Shown piece by piece: positions 1-8,720 of a stretch of 62,916 nt of DNA. Source of the stretch: Nitrospirota bacterium (lineage in GTDB: Bacteria; JACPQY01); contig JACPAV010000005.1 of NCBI GenBank assembly GCA_016180645.1, positions 124,001 to 186,916 of the forward strand, read 5' to 3'. The stretch's first letter is position 1; every line of letters begins with the position of its first letter. The position numbers were made by a program, and so were the translations under genes. The notes under the pieces were generated by a model. The model was not told the origin of the DNA, did not search any database, and saw only the letters and a list, made by a program, of their open reading frames with translations.

Positions 1-73
1 GCGGTTGAAACGGCACGCCTGGAGAGCGTGTAGGGATTAACGTCTCTCGTGGGTTCAAATCCCACCCTCTCCG
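1..73 (+). tRNA. tRNA-Ser(GGA), 5' end truncated by window edge
   Basis: Anticodon stem CACGC-CTGGAGA-GCGTG, long variable arm, T-loop GGTTCAAATCC, acceptor 3' strand CCTCTCCG; CCA not encoded. Confidence 0.92.
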
Positions 74-125
74 CATTCCATCAGTACTTACACCGGTTGA
101 AATCCCGGCCCGAACGCGTTAAGAA

Positions 126-314
126 GTGCGCATGGAAGACGTCATCCCGACCGAACTGAAGTGCCCGTTTTGCCAAGGCATGTTTGTCATCTCCGGTCTC
201 GCCCTCGACGAGGATCAGAGCATCTACTGCAAGTGCGGCCACTGCGGCAAGAAAGTTCAGTTCGCCAAAGTCGAACACCACGAATTGAAGTCCACTCCTA
301 CCAAGAAGAAGTAG
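126..314 (+). CDS. Small zinc-ribbon-like protein
   Basis: CPFC...CGHC knuckle pair in a 62-aa ORF; start may be ATG 132. Confidence 0.65.
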   Translation: MRMEDVIPTELKCPFCQGMFVISGLALDEDQSIYCKCGHCGKKVQFAKVEHHELKSTPTKKK

Positions 315-387
315 GTGGTGAAATTCCGATTGGATTCCGAGGCTGATTTCTTGTTGGCAATGGTGACTCAGATGATCCCCCTCCATA

Positions 388-2028
388 ATGGGTAGCATTC
401 ACGGCGGACTCATCGTCGCCAAGGCCCTGAAATCTATCGGCACGGAGTGCCTGTTCACCCTCTGCGGCGGGCATATTCAGAATATCTACGACGGATGCCT
501 CACCCTCGGAATCCGGGTCGTCGATTTTCGCCACGAACAGGCCGCGGCCCACGCCGCCGATGGATGGTCCCGCGCCACCGGGAAGCCGGGCGTGGTCGCC
601 GTGACAGCCGGTCCGGGTGTAACCGATGCCGTTACCGGGGTGGCCAACGCCTGGCGGGCCCAAAGCCCCATGATCGTCATCGGCGGCCAGGGGCCGAAAT
701 CCATGCAGGACAAGGGATCTCTCCAGGAGATGGACCACGTTGAACTCATGCGGTCCATTACGAAGTGGTCGGTGTCCGTTCCAGAAACACGCCGCCTCGG
801 TGAATATGTGCTTCATGCCTACCGGGTGGCCCTCTCCGGAGTACCCGGGCCCGTCTTCCTCGAAATGCCCATCGACATCCTGATGAACTACGCCGAGGAA
901 GCCGAGACCGGAATCCCCGATCGCCCCCCCGAAGTCCCTCCCATGGGACCCGATCCCGCTCAGGTGGAACGCGCCGCCGAGCTGATTCGGACGGCCCAGA
1001 ATCCCGTCGCCCTCATCGGAAGTCAGTTGGCCTGGTCGCGTCGCCGTGACATCGCCCCCGAATTCTGCGAGACGCTCCACATCCCCGCGTTTCTGAATGG
1101 GATGGCCCGCGGGGCCCTGCGCCCGGACCATCCCTGGTTCTTCCATCTCTGCCGCCGCCAGGCCCTGGAAAAGGCGGACGTCGTTCTGGTCTTCGGAACC
1201 CCGCTCGATTTTCGGCTGGATTATGGTCGAGTTCTCGGTGAGAAAGCAAAGATTGTTCAAGTAGACCTTGAAGGTAAGGAACTCGGTCGAAACCGTCCGC
1301 TCGACCTCGCCATACTCGGTGACACGGGGCTTGTCATGGATGGACTACTGCGCACCCTGGGCTCCCGCAAAGACGGCGCCCCGAATCACGGCTGGATCGA
1401 GTATCTCCGGCAAGCCGAGACCAAGGCCTGGGAGAAAATGAAGCCCGAGATGGAGTCGAATGACGTACCGGTGAATCCCCTCCGCTTTTCGAATGAACTG
1501 AGGAAATTTGTCGATGAAAACACCGTGCTGATCGGCGATGGAGGCGACATCGTGGGTACCGCAGCAAAGATGAATTTCCCGTACAAGATGGGGCAATGGA
1601 TGGATCCCGGCCCGCTCGGAACGCTGGGCGTCGGCCCCTCTTTCGCGATGGCCGCCAAGCTCGCGAATCCCGAAGCACGGGTCATGATCGTATACGGAGA
1701 CGGCTCATTCGGACTCAATGGATTCGAATATGAGGCTGCCATCCGCCAGAAGATTCCTTTTGTGGGCGTGATGGGCAACGATGCCGCATGGATGCAGATC
1801 CACCGCGGCCAGGAAATGATCTTCGGCGCCGATCGAACCGTGGCCACCAAGCTCGATTTCACCCGGTATGATCGGATCGTGGAGGCCATGGGAGGTCACG
1901 GAGAGTACGTCGAAAAACCGGCCGGGATCGGTCCCGCCATCGAACGATCTCTCGCCTCGGGAAAACCCGCGCTCGTGAACGTGAAAATCGGCCGCAGCGA
2001 ATTCCGGAGGGGATCGCTCAGTGTGTGA
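388..2028 (+). CDS. Thiamine-diphosphate-dependent enzyme (acetolactate synthase / 2-hydroxyacyl-CoA lyase-like)
   Basis: RHEQAAAHAADG, TAGPGVT, GDGSFG...N ThDP-binding motif. Confidence 0.92.
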   Translation: MGSIHGGLIVAKALKSIGTECLFTLCGGHIQNIYDGCLTLGIRVVDFRHEQAAAHAADGWSRATGKPGVVAVTAGPGVTDAVTGVANAWRAQSPMIVIGGQGPKSMQDKGSLQEMDHVELMRSITKWSVSVPETRRLGEYVLHAYRVALSGVPGPVFLEMPIDILMNYAEEAETGIPDRPPEVPPMGPDPAQVERAAELIRTAQNPVALIGSQLAWSRRRDIAPEFCETLHIPAFLNGMARGALRPDHPWFFHLCRRQALEKADVVLVFGTPLDFRLDYGRVLGEKAKIVQVDLEGKELGRNRPLDLAILGDTGLVMDGLLRTLGSRKDGAPNHGWIEYLRQAETKAWEKMKPEMESNDVPVNPLRFSNELRKFVDENTVLIGDGGDIVGTAAKMNFPYKMGQWMDPGPLGTLGVGPSFAMAAKLANPEARVMIVYGDGSFGLNGFEYEAAIRQKIPFVGVMGNDAAWMQIHRGQEMIFGADRTVATKLDFTRYDRIVEAMGGHGEYVEKPAGIGPAIERSLASGKPALVNVKIGRSEFRRGSLSV

Positions 2029-2064
2029 CGTACGAGAGATGGGAGGCGGGAGGCGGGAGGCGAC

Positions 2065-2637
2065 ATGGCTGTTCCGTTGATGCTGCCTACTCCCCGGGAT
2101 ACCGTCGTGGTCGTCATCGATGCGCAGGAGCGTCTGATGCCTGCGATGCACGCCGATCTCAGGGATCGCGCCCTTAAACACATGCAGGCCCTTCTCAAGG
2201 CTTCCGCCGTTCACCAGGTCCCGGTCGTTTGCACTGAGCAGTATCCCAAGGGCCTGGGAGCTACGCTCCCGGAGATTCGTTCCCTGATGGAGCCCTACGA
2301 CCCCATCGTCAAGACCGCTTTCAGTTGCTGCGATGTCGAGCCTTTCACGCGCAAACTCGAATCACTCAACCGTCCCAATATCGCCGTGATGGGCATGGAA
2401 ACCCACGTCTGCGTTTACCAGACCGTCGTGGGCTTGCTCCAACGCGGCTACAAGCCTCTCCTGCTATCCGATGCCGTCTGCTCTCGGAAAATGATCGACT
2501 ACGAGACGAGCGTGGAGCAAATGCGGGAGGATGGCGCCACGATCAGCACAACGGAAACTCTGCTCTTCTCCTGGACGCGCGAGGCCGGTTCGGAGGCCTT
2601 CAAGAAAATCTCACTCATCGTCCGCGATTTGAGCTGA
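2065..2637 (+). CDS. Isochorismatase family hydrolase
   Basis: VIDAQERL, TEQYPKGLG, KTAFSC, GMETHVCV motifs. Confidence 0.9.
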   Translation: MAVPLMLPTPRDTVVVVIDAQERLMPAMHADLRDRALKHMQALLKASAVHQVPVVCTEQYPKGLGATLPEIRSLMEPYDPIVKTAFSCCDVEPFTRKLESLNRPNIAVMGMETHVCVYQTVVGLLQRGYKPLLLSDAVCSRKMIDYETSVEQMREDGATISTTETLLFSWTREAGSEAFKKISLIVRDLS

Positions 2638-4339
2638 CCCCCGGGTCGCCTCCGTCCCCTCCGCCGGTACGTTCAGCGACAACAAATGCCTTTGCGTTCT
2701 TGCCGCAGCTGAACCCTGCATCTTCCGGCGCCGGCACGTAGGGCAGGCGCTGGCGCTGGAACTCCTCCAAGGCCCAACACGTCCGCCTCCAACCTTTTTC
2801 CCTGATCGCGTCCAGGACCACGATGATCCGATCCGGGGTTTGGTCCTCCACGATCCTTCGGATTTCCGCTTCGGGTGTCGATGGCCTCCATCCCGCGCGG
2901 AATATTCGTATCCCCGGCCCGTGCGAAAACAGCTGGATATCCCCGGCAAAGACATTCTTCCCGGCGGCGTGAAAGGCTGCAATGAAATCGCTGCCGAACA
3001 CGCCGACCGTTTGCGACGAGTCGATCGTCCGCAGTAGCCGCTTGAACGCCGCCTCGATCTCCGTCTTCGAGGCTGAGGACAACCGGATGCCACGCGCTCC
3101 CGGGATCTCCAGAACCGCATCGTACGCGCCGCGAACGGGATGGTCTCGCGCCGGGAACAGCGCTGAAGCGGAAAAAGGCACGAGCCGAAGCAGGGCCGGG
3201 CAGATGGCCCCGAGGAGGATCCCTCCCCCTACCCATCGGCCCCAAGAACCGATCCTTCCCGATCCCCACCGTCGTGCCCCGCGGAACATCGACTCGATCA
3301 CCACGACCAGAAGGAGCGCCGTTGGCGCGCGCGCCACGGTTGTCGCCATCTGCCTGCCCGCGAACAGGAATTCCACGTCCGCAAGGATCGCCGCTCCAAG
3401 CAGGATCAGCATCGTGTCCGTGCGGCCCCGCTCACGCCCCGCGGACAGTCCTCCCGCCACCAGGATCGTCCCTGCGACCAAGGCCGTCATATCCAGGCCG
3501 ACCAGGAGGGCCTCCAAAACGTCCGAGAACCGGTCGTCCGGAAGACCCCCCCGCAACACGGCCGCTTTCAGGGTGAGCAACGCAGACCCGAGATTCTCCA
3601 GGGGACCGAGGGGATGAAAGGTCATTCTTTCCGTGTACACGGGGTAGGGATAGAGGCGTCCGACCATGACATCCCATCCCGCCTGGGATCCGATGGTCGC
3701 GTAGACAACCGTTGTGATCCCCGTTGCGACCACCGCAAACACCGCGACATGGCCCCACCCAATCTCCCCCCCACGCCTCCACGTCAAGCAAGCGATGAGG
3801 GCCGCCGCCCCGGCGAACAGACCCACGCCCAGCGGCAGGGGCTTCGACAGCAGCCCAACCGCCGCGACCGCCGCCAGGGCGAGGACCTTGCCGGGCCGTG
3901 GCCTCTTGGCATACGACGCCAGCAGGGCCGCCGCGGCCAGGAAGGCCGCAACCGCAAGATGATGATTGTATGTCGCCCGGGGCGGGAGGAACGCCCGCCC
4001 CGCCAGCAGGGCCGCCAACACGCTCCACCACGGTCCCATCAACCCACGGCAAGACGCGTACGCCGCGCCGTAGCCGATGGTTGCAAAGCCTACCGCCACC
4101 AGCCGCACATTCAGGATCTCGTACGCCGCTCCCGTCAGCGAGAAAACCCACTGGAGCAGATACGGATACAGGGGCCCGTACATCCAGTCGATCTCCGAAT
4201 AAAGTCCGAAACCCCATCCAAGTCGCTGGACCGTGATCAGATCGCGGAATTCTTCGCCTCCGAGGTGGGTTCGGCACAGGGTAATATGGAATGCGAGATG
4301 AAGAGCCAGCCCCACGAAGAAGGGCGTACACCGCTTCAC
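2615..4339 (-). CDS. Polytopic membrane protein, GT-C (ArnT/PMT-like) glycosyltransferase candidate
   Basis: About 10 hydrophobic segments; acidic first loop EEFRD followed by G..LYSEIDWMYGPLYPY; conserved K in GLLSKP. Confidence 0.65.
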   Translation of the reverse strand: MKRCTPFFVGLALHLAFHITLCRTHLGGEEFRDLITVQRLGWGFGLYSEIDWMYGPLYPYLLQWVFSLTGAAYEILNVRLVAVGFATIGYGAAYASCRGLMGPWWSVLAALLAGRAFLPPRATYNHHLAVAAFLAAAALLASYAKRPRPGKVLALAAVAAVGLLSKPLPLGVGLFAGAAALIACLTWRRGGEIGWGHVAVFAVVATGITTVVYATIGSQAGWDVMVGRLYPYPVYTERMTFHPLGPLENLGSALLTLKAAVLRGGLPDDRFSDVLEALLVGLDMTALVAGTILVAGGLSAGRERGRTDTMLILLGAAILADVEFLFAGRQMATTVARAPTALLLVVVIESMFRGARRWGSGRIGSWGRWVGGGILLGAICPALLRLVPFSASALFPARDHPVRGAYDAVLEIPGARGIRLSSASKTEIEAAFKRLLRTIDSSQTVGVFGSDFIAAFHAAGKNVFAGDIQLFSHGPGIRIFRAGWRPSTPEAEIRRIVEDQTPDRIIVVLDAIREKGWRRTCWALEEFQRQRLPYVPAPEDAGFSCGKNAKAFVVAERTGGGDGGDPGVSSNRGR

Positions 4340-4363
4340 GGTCGCCCGTGGAGATACGAGAAC

Positions 4364-5221
4364 CTAGGACAGATCTACGTCGCCCCGGAATCGATCCAGT
4401 TCGGCCACCGCGGTGCTGAAGACCGACGCCTTCGGCGCCTGTTTGTGCACCGCATCCCCCACCTTGCGCATCCACGTCAGCTCGTCTTCGACCATGGGCC
4501 CCTTCTCGAGAGCATCGACGGCCGATTTCATCTGATCGTGATTGGCCGGGCCGCTCATCACCACGTCGATCGCCGGATTCGACAGCGCAAAACGATAGCA
4601 ATCCGTCGCTGTCGGCACGGGTACGGAATCCGGCAGCCCCTTGGGACGCTTGAGCAGGGTTCCCCATCGTGTCGTTGTGTAGGTTACCAATCCCGGCCCG
4701 CCCTTTTTCACCTGGGGAAATATTTCCTTCTCGGCGCCTCGATGAGCGGCATTGTATCGGATGTGGAGGATGTCAAAGAGGCCCTTCTCCAGAATGGTGG
4801 CTCCGTACGGGCGGTGATGGGATGAGAGCGCGAGGCAACGTACCTTTCCCTTCTCCACCAGGCGCGCAGCGGAATCCCGGATCCGCTCCGGAGGCTGGCG
4901 ATTCCACCATCCGAGGAGGAGCACGTCCGCGCTATCGAGTTTCAAAGAACGAAGCGCCCGGTCCACGCTCCATTCCATCAACTTCGCCACACGCGAGTAG
5001 CTCTGGACCACTACGACCATCCGATCGCGGTGCTTGGCGGACAGACTCCGCACGCCATCCCGGAACCCGGATCGTCTCGCCGATCCCCAGTAGAAGTAGT
5101 TCACGCCGCGCTCAAACGCCCATTCGAGGTCTCGCGCCCCCACACCGTAGCTCGACGCCACGCCCAGGCGGCCGACTTTCATTCCCGTTCTTCCCAAAAC
5201 AGCTTCTTTTCCGTTCTTCAT
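4364..5221 (-). CDS. Aldo/keto reductase
   Basis: LGRTGMKVGRLG start, SLKLDSADVLLL, EKGKVR, RYN, RFALSNP; ATG 5221 overlaps the upstream stop (ATGA). Confidence 0.85.
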   Translation of the reverse strand: MKNGKEAVLGRTGMKVGRLGVASSYGVGARDLEWAFERGVNYFYWGSARRSGFRDGVRSLSAKHRDRMVVVVQSYSRVAKLMEWSVDRALRSLKLDSADVLLLGWWNRQPPERIRDSAARLVEKGKVRCLALSSHHRPYGATILEKGLFDILHIRYNAAHRGAEKEIFPQVKKGGPGLVTYTTTRWGTLLKRPKGLPDSVPVPTATDCYRFALSNPAIDVVMSGPANHDQMKSAVDALEKGPMVEDELTWMRKVGDAVHKQAPKASVFSTAVAELDRFRGDVDLS

Positions 5222-6556
5222 AGGCGGGAGTCTAGCAGACCGAAAACCATTCTCAAATAGGCCGTCGGCACACGGCCGGCCGGTTGGAAGAACAGAGGCA
5301 TGGCGAGCCGCTCCCTCCATCCCCCGATATCCCCTCGGAAGGCCGCATCTCTCAAGAAATCCAGCCGGCCGGCGAGCGGAAGATCCTCCTGCACAACGGC
5401 CTGCAATGGCGCCGGGTACCGTACCTCCCACCAGCGGGCCACCTGGCTCAGAGCGAACGCCGTGATCCCGGCCATTCTGAACCGCCGCACGTCATCTGCC
5501 CAAGCCTTCCACTCCACTCGATCCCTCACGGCGCGGAAAACATACATCACATCCACGAAATCCGAGAGCATCGAGAAAGAGTTGGTGAAGGCGTGAAGGA
5601 TGATGTGCAGGAAGGTCATCTCGGGGCTTAGCCGATGCCCCTTGAGGTCCGCGTTCTTCCACACGTCGTATTCAGCAAGGTCGAAATCGAATCGCGCGTG
5701 CAGTCCGAACTTCTCGGCGCAGAGTCCCCAGTGGAGATCGACCGGGGGCACCCGCGACCCGTTTGATCGGTGCGAGAAAGTCGCCTCATGGAATCGATTC
5801 AGCTCCGGCAGGGGGTGGAGAGGCAAGTAGCCCAGATCGCGGAGGATATCGGCGGCCTTGGGAACATCCTCGCGGTAAACCAGCAAATCGACATCCCCCG
5901 TCGGCCGGCATCCCAAATCGGGAAAGGCCAACTCGCAGAGACCTACGCCCTTGAGCGCCAAGCACGGCACGTGCCGCCGCGCCATGAACCGGGTTACTCG
6001 TTCTTCCGCGGCCAGGATAAAAAGATTCTTCGCCAGGGTGGTCCTCCGGACGGCCTGCGGAGTCGGCTGGAGGCGGCCACCGGCCCTGAGAATGCCACTC
6101 GCGATCTGCCGGGCAATCAGCGGTTGAACACGCTGCCGTCCGGCCGTATTCCATTTGTCCAGCTCCACCACCGACCCCCGCTGTGGATCGACTGCAAGGA
6201 GTGTCAGGAGCGACCTAGAGCCTATCCCAAAACGTTTCGCGGACCCTGAAGGGCCCGCTACGGAGAAATCGCTTTTCCGCTGTAGTGGAGCCTTTAGGCT
6301 CCGCGAAGCCCGCTCCGGTTCCGTCAGGTTTTGGGATAGGCTTCTAGCTCGACTTTTGCCATTTTTTGAAAGGTTCATGTTGGTCATGATGCGTAGGGGA
6401 GGGTCTTCAGACCCTCCCGACAAGAGGGAGCATCTGAAGATGCTCCCCTACTTTCTCAAAATTCACGGCGTGGAAATGGCCTTCCCTCGTGAAGTGATGT
6501 TCACACAGCATGGAAAAATGGCAAAAGTCGAGCTTAGGGTCATCCTCGGCTGCCAT
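5218..6556 (-). CDS. Nucleotidyltransferase family protein (NTP_transf_5-like, RiPP-associated); 5' end interrupted by inserted elements
   Basis: LKGVGL, RPTGDVDLLV, VDLHW motifs; removing 6219-6537 joins ATG 6556 in frame (MAAEDDPRSLLTL...); the surviving frame could start at ATG 6387 or 6378. Confidence 0.8.
6219..6347. mobile_element. MITE-like element 1
   Basis: Perfect 15-bp inverted repeat AGCCTATCCCAAAAC (6219-6233) / GTTTTGGGATAGGCT (6328-6342), CTAG on both flanks, internal GTAG hairpin. Confidence 0.7.
6346..6537. mobile_element. MITE-like element 2 carrying a REP doublet
   Basis: Perfect 21-bp inverted repeat AGCTCGACTTTTGCCATTTTT (6346-6366) / 6514-6534; TAG at both ends. Confidence 0.72.
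6393..6451. repeat. GTAG-type REP doublet, copy 1
   Basis: GTAGGGGAGGGTCTTCAGACCCTCCC...GGGAGCATCTGAAGATGCTCCCCTAC; identical reverse-complement copy at 28660-28718. Confidence 0.85.
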
Positions 6557-6562
6557 TGGGCA

Positions 6563-6571
6563 AGTCTATCA
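6563..6571 (-). promoter_or_regulatory. Extended -10 promoter (TGaTAGACT), leftward
   Basis: Hexamer ends 6 nt before ATG 6556, the geometry of a leaderless transcript. Confidence 0.5.
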
Positions 6572-6607
6572 CACACCGCCCCGGGCCGATTGGCTTGGCC
6601 TCAACGC

Positions 6608-6616
6608 TGCTATAAT
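6608..6616 (+). promoter_or_regulatory. Extended -10 promoter (TGcTATAAT), rightward
   Basis: Perfect consensus in a high-GC context, upstream of the methyltransferase-kinase-cyclase operon. Confidence 0.62.
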
Positions 6617-6747
6617 CCCCGCGTGACCCCGCACCCACCTCAATGGAAAAGTGGACAAGTGGACGAGTGCGCGCACATCACGGATGGCCGCTGCTTCACC
6701 GCCCGATCACCCGGACACTGGGCCACCTCCAAAAGGATAGCTGCAAA

Positions 6748-7875
6748 GTGACAGGGGATCTGCTCAACCACCATCGGGAATATCTCGATGACCGCATCGC
6801 GCAAGCCCTGTACCGGAGGGCCATTCGTCGAATCGTTCGACCGGGCGATGTCGTTGTCGACCTCGGAGCGGGCACGGGCATCCACTCCATGGAGGCGTGT
6901 AGAGCGGGGGCGAGGAAGGTGTATGCCCTGGAGTGTGGAGACATGGCCGTGCTTGCGAGGGACATCATCGGCGAATCACCGTTCAGCCGTCGAATCTCCG
7001 TCATTCACGAGCACTCCTCATTCGTGCGGCTGCGGGAAAAAGCGGACGTCATCATTTCCTACCTCGGCCCCAGCGACCTCGTTCGGTCGCTCCCGCCGGC
7101 CCGCGCGCGCTTCCTGCGCCGGGGTGGGCGAACCATTCCCTCCCACCTCCGGTTCCGGTTCGGCCCCGTGGAGGCGCCGGACGTCTACGCGGCGCGAATT
7201 GATGCCTGGAGAAGGCGGAGGGGCGCGGATTTCACGGCCGCGCGCCGATGCGCGGCCAACACGGCCCACACGACCCATTGGCTTCCCTCCCACTTTCTCT
7301 CTCGACCTCGCCCCGCGTTCACCCTCCCGTTGGATCCAGGCGTCCACCGGCCCTGGAAATCCAACGGCACATTCGTTTCCGCGCGCGACGGAACGCTCCA
7401 CGGGATCGGGCTCTGGTTCGAGTTCCGGTTGGCCCGGGGGATCTGGCTCTCCACGCGACCCCCGCTCCGGCTGTCACCCGCCGTCCACAGGCACGCCTTT
7501 CTCCCGCTCGAACGGCCGCTGCCGGTGCGGGCCGGGGAGCGCCTGCGGCTCCGTCTGACTCTCCTGCCCGGATTTGAGTGGATGTGGAGATGGAGCGTCC
7601 ATTCCTCATCTCATGCGCTTGCCGATCAGTCGTCCTTGGATGGCCTGCTCCTTTCAGCGGATCGAATTCAGGCCGCCGAGGGCTCCGCCCGCACAAGGCT
7701 GAACGCCCGCGGTCAAATAACACAGTTCGTGCTTGAGAGGTGCCGGAAAGGCCACACCCTGGATCAGATCACCGCGGCCTTGAGCCGCCGCCCTATGACC
7801 CTCTCGGGCAACCGCCGGGAGGCGCTCGACGTCACCCGAAACATTCTCGCCGATTTTGCCCGGCGCCCCAGGTGA
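6748..7875 (+). CDS. SAM-dependent methyltransferase, PRMT-like fold, with C-terminal winged-helix/RRE-like extension
   Basis: HREYLDD...YRRAI, VVDLGAGTG, ARKVYALE, GGRTIP, LHGIGLWF; GTG 6748 with AAGGA upstream. Confidence 0.8.
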   Translation: MTGDLLNHHREYLDDRIAQALYRRAIRRIVRPGDVVVDLGAGTGIHSMEACRAGARKVYALECGDMAVLARDIIGESPFSRRISVIHEHSSFVRLREKADVIISYLGPSDLVRSLPPARARFLRRGGRTIPSHLRFRFGPVEAPDVYAARIDAWRRRRGADFTAARRCAANTAHTTHWLPSHFLSRPRPAFTLPLDPGVHRPWKSNGTFVSARDGTLHGIGLWFEFRLARGIWLSTRPPLRLSPAVHRHAFLPLERPLPVRAGERLRLRLTLLPGFEWMWRWSVHSSSHALADQSSLDGLLLSADRIQAAEGSARTRLNARGQITQFVLERCRKGHTLDQITAALSRRPMTLSGNRREALDVTRNILADFARRPR

Positions 7876-8714
7876 AGCCGGAAACCGGGGTCCTGCTTCG
7901 CGAACTGGACTCGAACGGGGAGGTCTCCTTCGAGGCTCGGGAAGGCCGGGGAGGGTACCGACTCCGATGGCCCCGGCTCGCCACCGTCCACATCACGAAG
8001 CGCAAGCAGCGAGTCACCGTGATCCCCGAGCGGGGATCCCCCCGCGCCTCGCTTGCTCCCATCCGCCGCATCGCCCGGGCGTATGCGGTCAGCCTCGGCG
8101 GCAGGCAGCCTCTCCACGCCACCGTGCTCACCGGTCACGGGGGAACGCTCGCCCTCCTCGGGACGCCCGGCGCGGGAAAATCGACACTGGCTCTGGCCAT
8201 GCTCGACGAAGGTTGGCGCCTGGTCACTGACGATGTGCTGTTCTACCGGACGCATTCCCGCGCGATCCGACCCGTTCTGCGTCTCCCGATGCTGAAGGTC
8301 AGGCCCGACGGCATCGCGCCGTTCCCGAAGTTCCCCTCGATCCCGCCCCTGAGGCTCCGCGGCAAGCCGCGCTACGATCCTCGTTACGGAAAACTGATGA
8401 TTCCCCTTCCGAAAATCTCTCACGGCGGAAAGATCGATGTGTTTGTTCGCCTGCGCCGCTCGCGCAAGGGGCACATCAGCGGCCGGAGGCTCTCACCGTC
8501 CCAATCCACCTTGAACCTCATCGTCGCCATGTTCAATGGAGCTCTGCGCCCCCGTCGCGTCCGTATCCGGCAAATCCTGGAGGCCGCATCCCTCGCCTCC
8601 AAGGTGCCCGTGTGGGAGCTCCGATATCCGACGGGAAAGAGACATCTGAAACGCGTGCCGGAGGCGCTGCAAGGCATCCTGCGACAAACTCAAGAGGGCC
8701 GAAGCCGGGACTGA
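7872..8714 (+). CDS. HPr-kinase-like (lasso peptide kinase family) protein K1
   Basis: LHATVL, Walker A GTPGAGKST, LVTDD; GTG overlaps the upstream TGA. Confidence 0.85.
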   Translation: MKPETGVLLRELDSNGEVSFEAREGRGGYRLRWPRLATVHITKRKQRVTVIPERGSPRASLAPIRRIARAYAVSLGGRQPLHATVLTGHGGTLALLGTPGAGKSTLALAMLDEGWRLVTDDVLFYRTHSRAIRPVLRLPMLKVRPDGIAPFPKFPSIPPLRLRGKPRYDPRYGKLMIPLPKISHGGKIDVFVRLRRSRKGHISGRRLSPSQSTLNLIVAMFNGALRPRRVRIRQILEAASLASKVPVWELRYPTGKRHLKRVPEALQGILRQTQEGRSRD

Positions 8715-8720
8715 CCACGC

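Noticed and set aside
1-100. tRNA as attachment site of an integrated island
   Set aside because: No integrase and no repeat of the tRNA 3' end seen in the window
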